64,000 nt of DNA from Zootoca vivipara (taxonomy: Eukaryota), in NCBI RefSeq assembly GCF_963506605.1, contig NC_083286.1, positions 38,130,001-38,194,000 of the forward strand. The letters are read 5' to 3'. Position numbers and translations under genes: made by a program. Under the pieces are notes generated by a model. The model saw only the letters and a program-made list of their open reading frames with translations. It was not told where the DNA came from and did not search any database. The first letter of the stretch is position 1, and every line of letters begins with the position of its first letter. This document shows, piece after piece, positions 1 through 13,300 of the stretch.

Positions 1-1048
1 GCTGCTCTGGAGGAAATGAAAAAGCACAGGAAAACTTAAATGTAGAGCGCAATCCGTACTTGGAAGTAGGGCTGCAATGTTAGTGAGCTGGAGTCATTAA
101 ATTAAAAACTTCTAATCTACTAAAAAGGTTCCCTCATTTAATTGGGCAGCAGTTAAAATATATATTTTAACACAAACTTGTATAAAAAACTGTGGGCGAG
201 TAGTTCAGTCTTGGAAGAGGCAGTCTCCCTTCTCTCTCACACACAGAGTGTGTGTGCCTTCTGAGAAGATAAACTACTATTAAACAAGGGAGTAATTCAT
301 TGTCACACTCCTGAAATTAATCCGTCAGCATAATATTTTCAGCTTGCCGGATGGAATAATCCTCCTTTCTCTCTCCCCCCCCCTTGTTCTGGAGGTTCTT
401 CTGACCTCCCTTGGAGCCAAATTTGGGGTGGCCATGGGGGAGAAGAAGTCCTTGTACATGGCTTCCACTGAAATGGCTCAGTAGGTGATTCTGGCCCCCC
501 AAGTGTTTTATTCTTATCATACAAAATAAAAATAAATAGAACAAAAATATGATTTGTGCCTGTGTGCTAATTTAATTGCCTATCTAAAATTTCTTTAGTA
601 CACTTGCAGCTCTGTTTGGAAGTAATCCCACTGAATTTAGTAAGACTTTACGTCCATAAAAGTGTGCTGATTGCAAGCGACACCTTTAAGGCATGTTCCG
701 CCCCCTCCCTCAAGGAATGCTGGGCACTGTAGTTCAGTAAGGGTTGATGGGAATTGTAAGTTTTGTGAGGGATAAGCTCACAGTGGCAGTGTTGAATCCA
801 GGAGCACTGCTAAACTGCAGACCTGCTCCTTCCAGAGGAGTGTGGTATCATCCAGAACAGGCCATCTTCACACCTCCCTGACGTGATAACTCAGGAAACA
901 TACCAACTCAGTTTTTTCAGGATTCAGCTTCATTTTATTGACCCACATAAAGCCCATTGCCATCTCCAAGGTCTCACCTCCACTGCCTCTCTTGATTCAG
1001 ATGGATCAGATATATTGGAGTAACTGTTAAGTTTTTTATATATATATA

Positions 1049-1293
1049 CAGTGGTACCTTGCAAGACGAATGCCTCACACAATGAAAAACTCGCAAAACG
1101 AAAGCGCTTTGCGATGTTTTTGGTGACTTGCAAGACGAAGTTTTCTATGGCCGTGCTTCACAAGACGAATTTTTTTCGGCAGGTTTTTTTATTTTTATTT
1201 TTTGCCATGGCAAACCGCACTTCGCAAGACGAAATTATCACAAGACGAAGCGACTCGCAGAACGAATTACTTTCGTCTTGCGAGGCACCACTG
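1049..1293. mobile_element. Non-autonomous Tc1/mariner (Tigger-like) MITE
   Basis: TIRs CAGTGGTACCTTGCAAGACGAA / TTCGTCTTGCGAGGCACCACTG, flanked by TA on both sides. Confidence 0.85.
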
Positions 1294-1795
1294 TACTGTA
1301 AATCCTTACAGTTGTTATCCTGTTCAGCCATGCTGTAGGCCTATGAAATAGGTAATAAAAGCTTTTCCCATTTTAGAGTTTTGGGGGCACCAAGGCTGCA
1401 GTTCTGTGATATGTCCAAGGCCCCCACTCATTTATGACATGGGGTCTAAACACAAAACTTTCAGATACAGTTATGGTACTCTAGCTACCAAACTATACTG
1501 ACTCGCTTATTCTACCCAGTTTCCTCCTTGTTTAAAATGACGAAATCTCTTTAATTTCCGCAAGCAAAAGTCATATGTTGTGTCATTTTGTATCAAGGAA
1601 AATTGCATGGAAGAGGCATGCATAGTTCTAGTTGGCATGTGTTATACTGCTGAAAGCAATTTGTTTCTGAAAAGACAATTGCAAAGGGCAACAGAGTCAT
1701 AAAAGTGCTTTATGTGGTGTAGTTTATAACAATCTGTGGCTGTGGAATCAGCATTCCAATTATCCACAAAATTTTATTGTTGCAATTTATTTCAG

Positions 1796-4700
1796 GTAAT
1801 AATCACATGAAGGAAGAAAATTATGGTGCTGCGGTGGATTGTTACACTCAGGCTATAGAATTGGATCCAAATAATGCAGTCTATTATTGCAACAGGTAAA
1901 TAAACTTGGAACAATGAATTATATCAGTCCTATATGTCTACAGTTCCCCAGAACACTGCTCCAAACTCTTGTCTTTGTTTGATCACCAGCATGGCTCCCC
2001 CCCCCCCCAAAAAAATCCCACTACATTTCCTTAAGTAGTTCAGTGCAGTCCATTGCGAAGTTAGTTTTGTTCAGGTGACTTTGCTGGAGATAGGGTTGCA
2101 ATGCTAAATATATTTGCTTGGAATTAAGTTCTATTGATTGGAATCAATTTCCAAGAAAACATGATTAGGATTGGGCTGCAAATTAGTTTAAATGTTAGGA
2201 TGTCCACATTACTGGATTGGGTTGTTGATTGGATGGATAGTCTCGTTGCTGATATATACTTTTCTTAGCTGCATTCTTTGTTCTTTTTCTTTTTCACTTC
2301 AGAGCTGCTGCTCAAAGTAAGTTGAGTAACCATAATGAAGCAATAACGGACTGTGAAAGAGCTATAGCAATAGATCCAAAATACAGCAAAGCATATGGAA
2401 GAATGGGGTAAGTAAATCTAATTTGTTTGAACATCAAATTAAAGTGTGTTGTCCTCACACACTTACACATCAGATATCAAACTCTCGCCACAGTTTACAG
2501 TATTCCCCTGGGATAATTTTTGATCTCTTGGCAACTGCCTATCAGATTTATTTTATTCTACCAGTACATCAACACAGCAGACTCTGTCTAAGAGGAGTCA
2601 ATATGGATGTCATTGAGAATGATACAGCAGCAATAGCAACTATTAATTTTGTTTGGCCTAAAACATTAGATGTACAACTACAGTGCTAATCAATAAGAAA
2701 CATATTTGAGTTAGATTGGTTAAGTTGGACCCACTGTAAAAGAGACATAAAGCTGGTGAGATGATACCTTTATTGGGCTACCTAGGACTGCAGATGTGCA
2801 GTTTTGAATTTAGCTGAACCTTTCAACCTTTAGCTGAACAGCCAAAATTACTAGTACAGTACAGGTAACTTGCATCTTATGTGAGGGTTATGTTCCAGGC
2901 CATTGTGCATGCAAGCAAAACCATGTAAAGACAGAACGACCCTTAGAAAGCCATTTTAAAAATCGCTGCACTTACATTTTCCCCAGAACCCTGTCCCCTT
3001 TCATTTTATTTTTATTTTGTCAAGCATGAAAAGCTGAATGCACACAAGTTAAATGCAAGTAAGCGGCAGGCTTGCTGTAAATTTTTGATAAGACTTTGCT
3101 TTTATATTTTGAAGAATTTTATCATTTATACAAGACATCTGTTTTTGAATATTGAAGTTAACTTTTTTGGGGGTGTGTGTGTGCAAGTAGTTTGTCTTGT
3201 CTAGAGTACAGAATAGCCTGGCACTGGCACTGAATGAGGTACTGCCCCACCAACCTCAACCTGACCCCATCTGTCTGCCTTCTTACTTAGGTACCAGTCA
3301 GAAGGTGGCTCTGCTTGTCATTGATTCTGGTTTCAGCTACTGTTGGGCTTTCTGCCTCCCGCTCTGCTAGTCTCAATGGACACCAGCCAGTCAGTGTAGG
3401 CAACACTCTAGTTCACTGCTGGGAGTTCCCTGACACCTCAAAGCCAAAACAGACTTATTATGTCTTTAAAGTTTTGTGGACTAGAGTCTTCTTCCTTAGA
3501 ATTTCATCAGCATTTATATATTTTTTCATTTAATGAATGTGAATTAGATCAGACAATACAAATACTCTTTCAGATTGGCTTTTTCACATTGGCTTCCTTT
3601 GTTCGTATCAGATTGGCTCTGACTTCAATGAACAAATACCAAGAAGCAATTAATAGCTATCGAAAAGCCCTGGACCTTGATCCAGAAAATGACTCCTATA
3701 AGTCGAATCTGAAAATAGCTGAGCAGAAGTTAAGAGACATGTCCAGTCCTGTAAGTTGGCTTTCAAACTATTCATTCAACTATTGTAATGACTCAGTGCT
3801 ACTTTGTACAGGATTGATGTGTGTATTTAATTTTCAGACTGGAACTGGGTTAAGTTTTGACATGGCAAGCTTGATAAACAATCCTGCCTTCATTAGCATG
3901 GTAAGTGCATTTAAAATTACTTTTTTTGTTTTGCTCTTTCTGTTTCATGTCTTATTTTGCTCTCATTGATTCTTTCCTTTTGCTATAATGAATTCTGCTC
4001 CCACGTCTTTGGAATGTATTTCAAAATAGTTTTGGGGAGGGTCTTATAGCTGCTTAGAAACTGGACCTACATTGTATATCCTAGTAAAATGAAGTTTTCT
4101 ATGAGCCTCTCAAAACTGAGACCCCGTAAGGTGTTGGATCCAGAGCTGTTTGGAATGGAACTCTGCCAACTGGGTGCTCTCATAGGCAGAAGGGAAGGAG
4201 GGAGATGCAGTTTTTGCCAGTTGCCCCCTAAGGCCCCCCTACACCACCTGAAAACCTGCTCCAGAATGTTGGAACATCTTCCAGAACAGTGTGGTAGGTG
4301 GCTCTTGGAGCCGCAGAGGGCAAGGGAAATTGGCAAAAATTGCCAAAAATTGCCTTGTCCCTTTTCCTCTAGCAGGAGCTTCCGCTGGATCCAGGTTGCT
4401 TCTGCAAATTGAGAAAGCCCTTCTGTTTGCAAAACAGCAGGTTTGGATCGAGCCCAAGGCGTTTGCTTGCCAGACAGCTTAGGGTTGGTCAAAGGTTTGA
4501 CCTCTGTTCACAATGCTGTGGAATTTCAAGCCTCCTCTTTATTCACTGTGCTATGCGCTAAACACTGGCTGCATTACAACTCAAGGCATTTCATCTATTT
4601 CAGGCAGCGAGTTTAATGCAGAATCCTCAAGTTCAGCAACTGTAAGTATGAACTAAGAATGGAGTCTCTGTTATGTTAAAAGACATAAGTGAAAAAGTCT

Positions 4701-5270
4701 TTGGCATACCACAGAGGATATTGTTGGGGTTTTTTGTGGGGGGGGGATGACTCTAAACTAGAAGTTTTCACCTCATGGGCACACATGTTCCCCCCCCCCC
4801 GAAGGCACTCCCTAGGGCTAAAAAGTAATTAATCATTTTTCTTACTAGTAATAAGCAGCAATTCAGGGATTGGCAAGAGCAAAAATCTGTTAAATATTAT
4901 GTGTGCTGCAGATAGGTGAAGAAGAGGCTTAAGACTCTAGAATCAAAACTGACCATGGGATCTCAGAGACAGCATAATACATGAACAGACCTTGAATAGA
5001 TTAAAGGAGGTGCAGAAGACCAATACTTTATTAGCAAATCACACTTTTATTAGCCAAGTATTTTATTGTTATTCAGAAGAATTCAACAGGAATTTCTCAA
5101 GCACAGATCCCCATTGCAATGACTCAGAATTGTGCAAGAGAGCAGCTGTGCCTTCTAAAACTCCCAGTTGCTTTAATTGGAGTTGTGCAATTGACGTCCT
5201 TCCCAGGGCGACAGCTACATTTACTTGTAGCTTATATAATATGGCAGAGAACACTTGATAAATCTCTGAA

Positions 5271-5308
<38 letters not shown>

Positions 5309-6346
5309 TTACACACACACACTCACACTCTAATGCCTATATTTCTCCATGTATCTAAAATCTTGTAGGATGTCGGGAATGATGACAAATGCTATAGGGG
5401 GCCCTGCGGCAGGTGTTGGTGGCCTCACTGACCTGTCAAGTCTCATACATGCGTAAGTGATGTACATACTGCAATTGCAAGTTAATATTATTTATTTATG
5501 AGGTTCTTTTTATTAATATGAAATTTTATAGACTGCTTGTCCATAAGAATGTTCAAGCAGTATTATGCATACAAATACATAAAAGTGTATTAGGACATGA
5601 GTTCACTAAAACAGTAGCGAACAGCATGTAAAATTCCTTCATTAACAACCATGTCAGCCACAGGCAAAACTAGTTGTTCGGGTCAGTTGATGAAAGCCTG
5701 GTTAAATAGATAAGTCTTCATTGGGCGCCTGAAACTGAAAATAGAACGTGCCCCTTTAATGGTTAGTGGCACAGAATTTTGCAAAGCTGGTGTAACCACT
5801 CTGAAGGCCCTGTTACTGGTAGTTTAATACCTAGCACATGACACCATTAGCAAGGCCTCATCCACTGAATGTAAAGGTTGGGCAGGGCTTAGGGACCAAT
5901 GCAATATTGAAAATAGTCTATTTTTAAGTTGTTTTTAAGGGGACTGACTTAGTAATTCTTGTTTTCTGTTGCCGTCGTTGGTTACAACTTCACATCTATG
6001 TTTTGATCCTTCGTTTGAGCATTTGGCCTGTGCTTTCCCTGTCTTTTCAGCAGAATGAAGAGCAGCTTTCTAAATTTCATGTTTTTCTCAGCTTAGGGCA
6101 AATGGGCTGTCTGATAAGTACTTTCTTTCAGTTGTAAATTTGAGCTTTGGCTTCCTGTGTTTTGAGTATAGCACAACAGTAGCTTCCCTTCATTTACTTA
6201 TCTTTGTAAAATAAAAATAAAAATTTCTGTACAGAGGGCAGCAGTTTGCACAACAGATACAGCAGCAAAACCCGGAACTCATAGAGCAGCTGCGGAACCA
6301 CGTTCGAAGCAGATCTTTCAGTGGCAGCACCGAAGAGCATTCCTGA
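1796..6346 (+). CDS. SGTB: SGTB, small glutamine-rich TPR co-chaperone beta; 3' part only (5' exons lie upstream of the window)
   Basis: Exons 1796-1895, 2303-2407, 3612-3750, 3838-3900, 4604-4641, 5369-5452, 6235-6346 (TGA 6344-6346), all introns GT-AG, frame continuous. Translation [41 protein letters not shown]...[19 protein letters not shown]...[35 protein letters not shown] shows TPR repeats and the Q-rich tail of SGTB. Confidence 0.96.
5271..5328. repeat. (TC)n(AC)n microsatellite about 40 nt upstream of an SGTB acceptor
   Basis: Directly visible. Confidence 0.9.
5490..5910 (-). mobile_element. Ancient L2-like 3' fragment, boundaries approximate
   Basis: Degenerate similarity to the reverse complement of the L2 3' end at 33140-33380. 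Confidence 0.45.
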
Positions 6347-9300
6347 TTAAAAGCAGCATGTGATAGAACACTGTTTTACTAATTCCAAAAGGCATACTGT
6401 AGCTAGTAGCAAATATCACCATTGTAATTCTTCTCAGACATGAGACCGGAAATCCTTTGTGTGTATTCCTTATTGTCTGTTGAAAACAGATTCATTGCAC
6501 ACAGATGTGAACATATCATGTATGTATATTGATGCCTTTGTAAATGGACTATAAATAAAACTGGTGACTGATTAAAATCTTTACATATAAGGCAGCATTT
6601 TCGTATCAATGCACAAAAGCATGCAATTTTTCGTTCTCTTTTAAGAGAGTGGATTTTTTGCACTAGGATTGTGCATTGAAAGAGATCACCCACTTGTGAT
6701 GACATAATATTACTTGTGGAGTAATAATGCTTGATAGGCTAGTCAGTCCTACCGGTATGTAAAATCTGTATTCAAAATATATTAAATAAGGCAGCCTTTC
6801 CTCAAAACTGAAGGGTTGCCACTGCCCCAGGGACAAGGCTGTGGCAAGCAAAAACAATTTTGCATGACTAATGTTGCATTTCTTACTTTATAAGCTTATA
6901 AAGTGAAGACTGCTTTTTCACATTGTGGGTCATTACTGGGATTTTTGAAAGGAAGGAGAGCAATAGGTCTGATTGTTGGAGTTGCTTCAGGCTAAGATGA
7001 TGTGGTGGGAGATGGAAAAAGGGTGAGTAAACCCTAAGCTGGGGGAGAAATAAATGGGTCTGTCTTGTAGGAGTTGGACCAGAAAGATTTAAGCTGTGCA
7101 GAATTTACGGGTCTATGCGTAGGTACAGGCAAAGAGGTACAGCATGTAGGCTGACAAGCAGGGAGTACCTACTAAGTTTTCAAAGGGAGCGCTACTGCAA
7201 AATAATTGGAAACATTTCTTATAGGGCAGATTGGGATAGATGTAAAAGGGGACGTTGGCTTCCTTCTTTCCTATACTTGTCTTAATAGACAGGACTTGCA
7301 CAGCAGCAGTTCTGTGTTGCGATGAATGTATTGAGAGGAGCAAGGAAAAGGAAATTGTGAAAGCCATATTTAAGACTTGTGATTGAGCAATATGTGATTC
7401 TCAGTTTCCTTATCAGTTTGTAATGGATGGATAGTGGGGAGAATTTTAGAAGCCCTAGCCAGAAAAGGTGCACCAAGGGGTGTTGAGAAAAAGCAGTGTA
7501 GAATCCAGAACAAAAGATGGGGATGAAAGTTTTCCCAGTAACATGCAGAAATAGTCTCTCTGGCGTACACAGAACCCAAGATTTTAATCTGGCAATAGCT
7601 CTGAAAACTTTGATGGAATGACACCATGTTTTCTATAAAGAGATGAGTTATATGCTCATAGTATTTATTCAATGTAGTTGTCATGTGCCTGTTTACGTAA
7701 TATGTGGTTTATGTAACCACACATTGGTTGCACATTAGAAACTGTCTTAAGGGAAATCTGACAGCAGAAAGTTAATACAGTATGTATATTGTAGATTATC
7801 TGATGTCAGCTTTTTGTATCCCTTTTTAGTTCTGCCTTTGTTCTGAATTTTTATTTGTTGCTGTTGTCTTTATGCCTCTTCCTTCCTGTACACACCTCCT
7901 GTCACTATTTTTTATACTGTAATTCCAACCAAACATACTTATGCATTTCTGCAGAACCAATTTAGAAAGTCTGTAAGAGGAGAGACTTTCAGGTTAACAA
8001 TATATTGCCACATTCAGGAAATAGTTCATTGGCGGATATTCGGAATGCTGAGCGGGTGGGAGAGCACCAAGAGTCTGTTGCAGTGCTGTTAACATTTGTA
8101 TTTTTCCTCAGCTACTCGCTCTACAAAGCAGCAGCTTTTTACCTTTGTTTTTCAATATACTTGGTCCCCATTGACCTGTCCTTTTCCGAGTTCTCAAGTA
8201 CCTTGGGTGTCTGGTTTTTGGCATTAGGACAGTGCTTCAAGCATATTTTAATTCAGAAGTAGGAGTCGCTGCTGAGCAATTAGAATACTGAAAATATGGA
8301 ATATAAAGCTTGCAGTACAAAGGTACAATGCAAACTACTCATTAAATTGCTTTTGAGTAATTAACATTTAAATTAATTAGAAATGGCAATAGCTATACAC
8401 TGGTGTCCTGAACTCACTGGGTAGAAATAGTCCAGTGCTGATTTAACCAGTCATGGTAGTGTTTTCAAATACTATCATCAGAGATACCACCCCATATTTA
8501 AGTTGCTGATTAGCACCCGTTCAGATGTTCAGTGAACTGGCTAGATAAGATGTGTTTGAAACAGCAGAAAGTGTTGCATTTATGGCAAACCACTAGCCTT
8601 TTCACACTGTTAGATCAGGCAGACTGTTTTCCAAATAAAAATGCACATTCCAGATAACAGTTTAGGTAGCAGCTATTCACACTTGAATCAGTTCTTCAGT
8701 TTTCCATAGATGATTCATGGATCAGTCTTGTGTTGTTTGGAATAAGTTTAATAAAAAGAACACTTAAAATAAAGAATAGTTTGCTGTTTTCTAACATTGT
8801 CTGTATAGTTTTTACTTCTCATTTCATGAAGAAATTGACTTTATTGTACAAATTGGTTTTAAACTAGGACTGTTTCTATGGGTTTCTGTCTGCTAAGAAA
8901 ACTAGTTTTCCCTATCTGCAGCATTAAGGAAGAAACAGCCTTGCAGCTGAATCCTGCCCCTATAGTTGTTTCCTTTTAAGTGTGTTAAGGACTAATTTAA
9001 TACAATAAATCCTCACTGTGTATCATTCAAAGACTATGTTGGCATTCTGGTCAGTTAGCCATATGGAATGCAAACTAAAATATTCCTTCACTGCTAGCAG
9101 TGATACTTGTGGGAGACAATATGGAGGGATATGCCAGCAATTGCCACTGCAGTGTCTTGCTAGATGCTTGGGTTGCTGGTCTGGTTTTTACTGAGAATTC
9201 AAAACAGGAGAAACTCCTGACTAATTGACTTGTGCATTTCCTTTTGCACTCATAGTCTTTATGGACCCAGAGTCTGGTCGCAGCAATGTAAAAATACAAT

Positions 9301-10115
9301 ATTAAAATCAGTTAAAACTATTTACAATCCAAAGAATTGGGCAGCTGTCAAAGGCCGGGTAAAGAGGTACCTTTTCAGCATGTGATGAACACTATAAAAT
9401 GAAGGTATCAGCCGTACCCTTTCCAATTTCTGTCTGAACCCGAGCTATTTGATCCCTACAGTGCTTTGCAAAGTAGTTGCAGCAGCCTTCAAACTGTACA
9501 CAGCCTCCAAAGTTCAAAGACAGCATGCTGGGGAGCAACAATTCCAGAGAAGTCTTGCCTTCAAGTGCCACTAGCACACTTTCCAGAGACATCTGGTTGT
9601 TTACTGTGAATAGAATGCTGGAATTAGATCAGGGATGGGGAGCATGGGACCTGCCATATGTTGTTGGTCTTCAGCACCTATCAGCCCAGCTAGCATAGCT
9701 GTTGGTTGGTGATGATGGGAGTTGTAGTCCAGCAACAGGATTCCCCAACCCTGGACCAGATGGATGTTCAGTTTGAATGGCTCTTATGGTCCAAATGGCG
9801 CTTCACCGACTCTGTACTCAGATCACCCTGGTTCCCCACACCTCTTTATTACATGGTGAATTAAATCCCTAATATATGACCACCAAAAGCATTTGTAAAA
9901 TATGCTGTATTTCTAGATGTAGAGAATCCTGTTTTAATGTAGGGTGCGAGATTGGGAATTAGCCACTGTTTTTCCTATGAACATCAGCGTGCATGAAACC
10001 CTTCCTCAATACAGATGTAAGAGTCATTTATCCAGATACTACATGCCATGTTGCAAGTATCATTAAATAAGTTATACAGTAATAATTAGGGCAGCTGCAT
10101 AATTGGACTAAGGGC

Positions 10116-10121
10116 TTTATT
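10116..10121 (-). terminator. Candidate proximal polyadenylation signal for TRAPPC13
   Basis: AATAAA on minus strand about 200 nt after the stop; further copies at 9845-9850 and 8840-8845. Confidence 0.45.
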
Positions 10122-10316
10122 TCCAAATAGTTTAAAATACATATGGTTGGCTCTTTACAAATAAACTGTTTTTTAAAAACATTCCAAAGATGCCAGATTG
10201 AATTCCAAAGGGGCAGTTAAATAAAGAAATTCTTTTTTGGATTGCAGATGGTTGTACTAAATTGCCAGAGGGTTGGCTCCAAAAACCAAAAAAGGAAATA
10301 TTAAAACAAAAAAGGT

Positions 10317-13300
10317 TCACTTTCCGTTTTCTTTTATTTTGGAAGAAACTACACAGACTTGTGCAATATCATCATACTCGTATGTTCTCTTCAGAAAGGT
10401 GTCTGTTAATCTCAAACCAGAGACAGTCTAAAATGAAAGGGAGGAAAAAAGGATTGACAATGTGAAACGTAACAGGCTTCTGAACTGGTCGTAAGAGCCC
10501 TATAACTTAACAGTATAATTTTATATAGGTTATAAGGACCCCATGCCGCCATTCTTGGAAAGATATTCCAGGGCAATTGGATTTTTCAGTTTCCCCCCAT
10601 TAGTGGAGGTGGTGGTCTGCTCTTGAAAGGACAGGGAACAGAGGAAAGGAAAACACACCCCAGCCTTTTGCCCTACAGACACAAGCCCAACAGCTACTCC
10701 CTCCAACCCCATATAGGATTGCAATGCCCAAGTGGGAAATCTTACTTGTAGTCCCTGCACAGATGAAAGCAGCGTAAGTGTCAAGTGTAGAGATGAAGTG
10801 GGGTGCAGTTTGCCCAGCTGCCTTCCTGACACCCCACACCAGTGAATGGAATTAGTGTTGCACATTTCCAAAACCAGGTCCATGGTTCTTTCACTGCTGG
10901 ATGGAAAAGAATAATTAATTAACATAGATCTCAATTTGTCTAAGGGCCAGTTCACACCAGTTTATGTGTTTTTACTCATTTCTCTCTTTTTGCTGCCTTC
11001 TTTCTATGGTTAGAAAGAAAAGGTTTCAGGATGATGCATACTGTAGTTAAATCATTTAATGCTTCTAACAAACCTGTGGCTTAGTGATTGCCCAACAGGA
11101 GCCAGCATGATAATTAAAACATGCATTTCTTTTAAATTCTGATTATTAAAAATAAAATGGTTTTTAAAATAAAATGGTTTAAAAATGAAGTCCTTATGTA
11201 ATACAAATACACACATCTTTTTCAGCACACTGGACCAACTAGGTCACTGCCTCTCTCTCCTCTCCATCAATAAAAACCACAAATATTTTTGGAATTCTAA
11301 AATCTACTTTGTCCACTGTATCTCAGCAAGTGAGTGGCAGAATTCCATGTATCTAGGAATGTTCATTTAAAAAACAAACCATTTCCATCACCTTAAAAAT
11401 AATTATATATTCCTGCAGTAAGGAAAACCTTGAATGCAAACAGTATTTTAATACAACATTGGGTGAATTATCTCTACAAAACTTACCCCTTTGACTGGAA
11501 ACGGTAAGCAGTTCAAAGTACAATTCTTAAAAAATAGAGATTGCCGAAGGGGAAGTAATTTCATTACCTGCAGTTTGTTATTTTACATGTAATATCAAAT
11601 GGTTCTTCCAGGTTTACAGTGTCCGGAATTGTCTCCAACGAAACCCTGACATCACCATAGCCTGGAGCCTAAGAAAGCATTAAAAGTTTAGCACGGTACA
11701 CCCACACCGAAAGAGAGAGAGAGAGAGAGGGTGGGGTGGGAAGACGAGACAAGCAATAGTACTAGAGTATGAATGGCCATTGTGGTGCCTTTCAGATGGA
11801 TTCCACTTTCTACCATCCTCAGCTATGGACTATTGTGGCTAGGGCTGATGGAAGTTATAATCCACAGCAACATCTGGAAGGCACCACAAGTGAATCGTAG
11901 GATGACATTCTCGAGAAGTATATGTAACATTACAAATTTCATGCTTATGCTGATGTACTTGGAGTCCTCATTTGGATTTTTATGAACAGGAGCAACCTCA
12001 AACATCTTCAGAAGGGAAACATAAAAACTGAGATTTACAGTACGATTCTGGATACCATTTAAGTAAGTTTTACCCCCTGAGATTAAAGAACATGATGCAT
12101 TAATTTCAATAGGTCTACTCTTGAGTAAAGCTTCTACAGCCTTTTCTCCCTAAGAGTGCACAAGCCACTGCTTTCAATAAGTGTTCTTATTTAACCATAT
12201 GTTGATATTTAATTTAAACAGGTTTTAGACCACTTTTTAGGCAAAGTTGCTTGGCAAAGCAGTTTACAACCACAAACAAACATTAATCCACAACATTCAG
12301 TAGTAAAACAAGTTATGGAAGTCTCATCTCAGGAACATACAAGCCAGTGTAACAACAAAATAAGCAATCTCGTTCTCAAAGAGCAGCATGAAACAGGGAG
12401 CTGCCTTGGAATGAGTCAGGACATTGGTCAATCTAGTGCAGTATCGTCAACACTGACTAAACGCAGATTTCAGACGGGACGTTCACAGCTGTGCCTGGTG
12501 ACGTCTGGGACCTTCTGCATGCAAAACAGATGCTCTATCACTGAGCTATGGTCATTCCCCCAAATAATTAGCATTGGCCCCAAAAGACCCTGATGAAAAA
12601 AATTGATGTAAACAAGGCATGTTTACAGCTAGTAAGGGAGGAAATATACCTGATCTCACTTGGAATCAAATTCCATATTTGGGGTGGGGACTGCTGAAAA
12701 GAGTCTGTTCTACCGGTATATTCCAGCAAAAGAGTTGTATATATATTTCTGGTCTTATAAATTGTAATATTAATGAGAACTTGAGAAGATTCCCGATGGA
12801 TCACATCAAGGTCTAATTACTCCAATATTGTTTTTACAATGTCTAAATTTTCCCTCCAAGCACCTGATATTCAGAGGTAAGCTGTATCTGCACAGACTCT
12901 TTACTACTACCCTTCTGTCTTTAAAGAGAATCTTCTGAAAAATACTTACCATTCGTTGGAGCTGACTCGTTTGCAACCTTCCCCTTTCGCCCAGGTTTGT
13001 CTTCCACACTATATCAAGCTTTCCAATTACTGTCACACCTTTAATAACGCCAGCTTTCTCTGCAAACTCTTGCTTTGGTTTAAGACAGTAAAGATACTGT
13101 CGAGTATCCATGGGTTGCAGATACGTTCTTGAACCAAATGTTGACACACTGGAAGAGAAGGAGCAGGTTTACCTTAGCTTGTACCTCAAAATCGGACTTT
13201 TCGGCAAAAATCCAGTGAATTCCGGGATTGGATATCAGATTCATTTTTGGGTTGCCTTTTCAATTAAGAAAGCATTTTCAGTTAAGAAAGAAAGCAGCCT

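Noticed and set aside
4067-4492. Cluster of overlapping ORFs on both strands in an SGTB intron
   Set aside because: No recognisable domain or splice support; looks like a decayed GC-richer repeat that I cannot classify.
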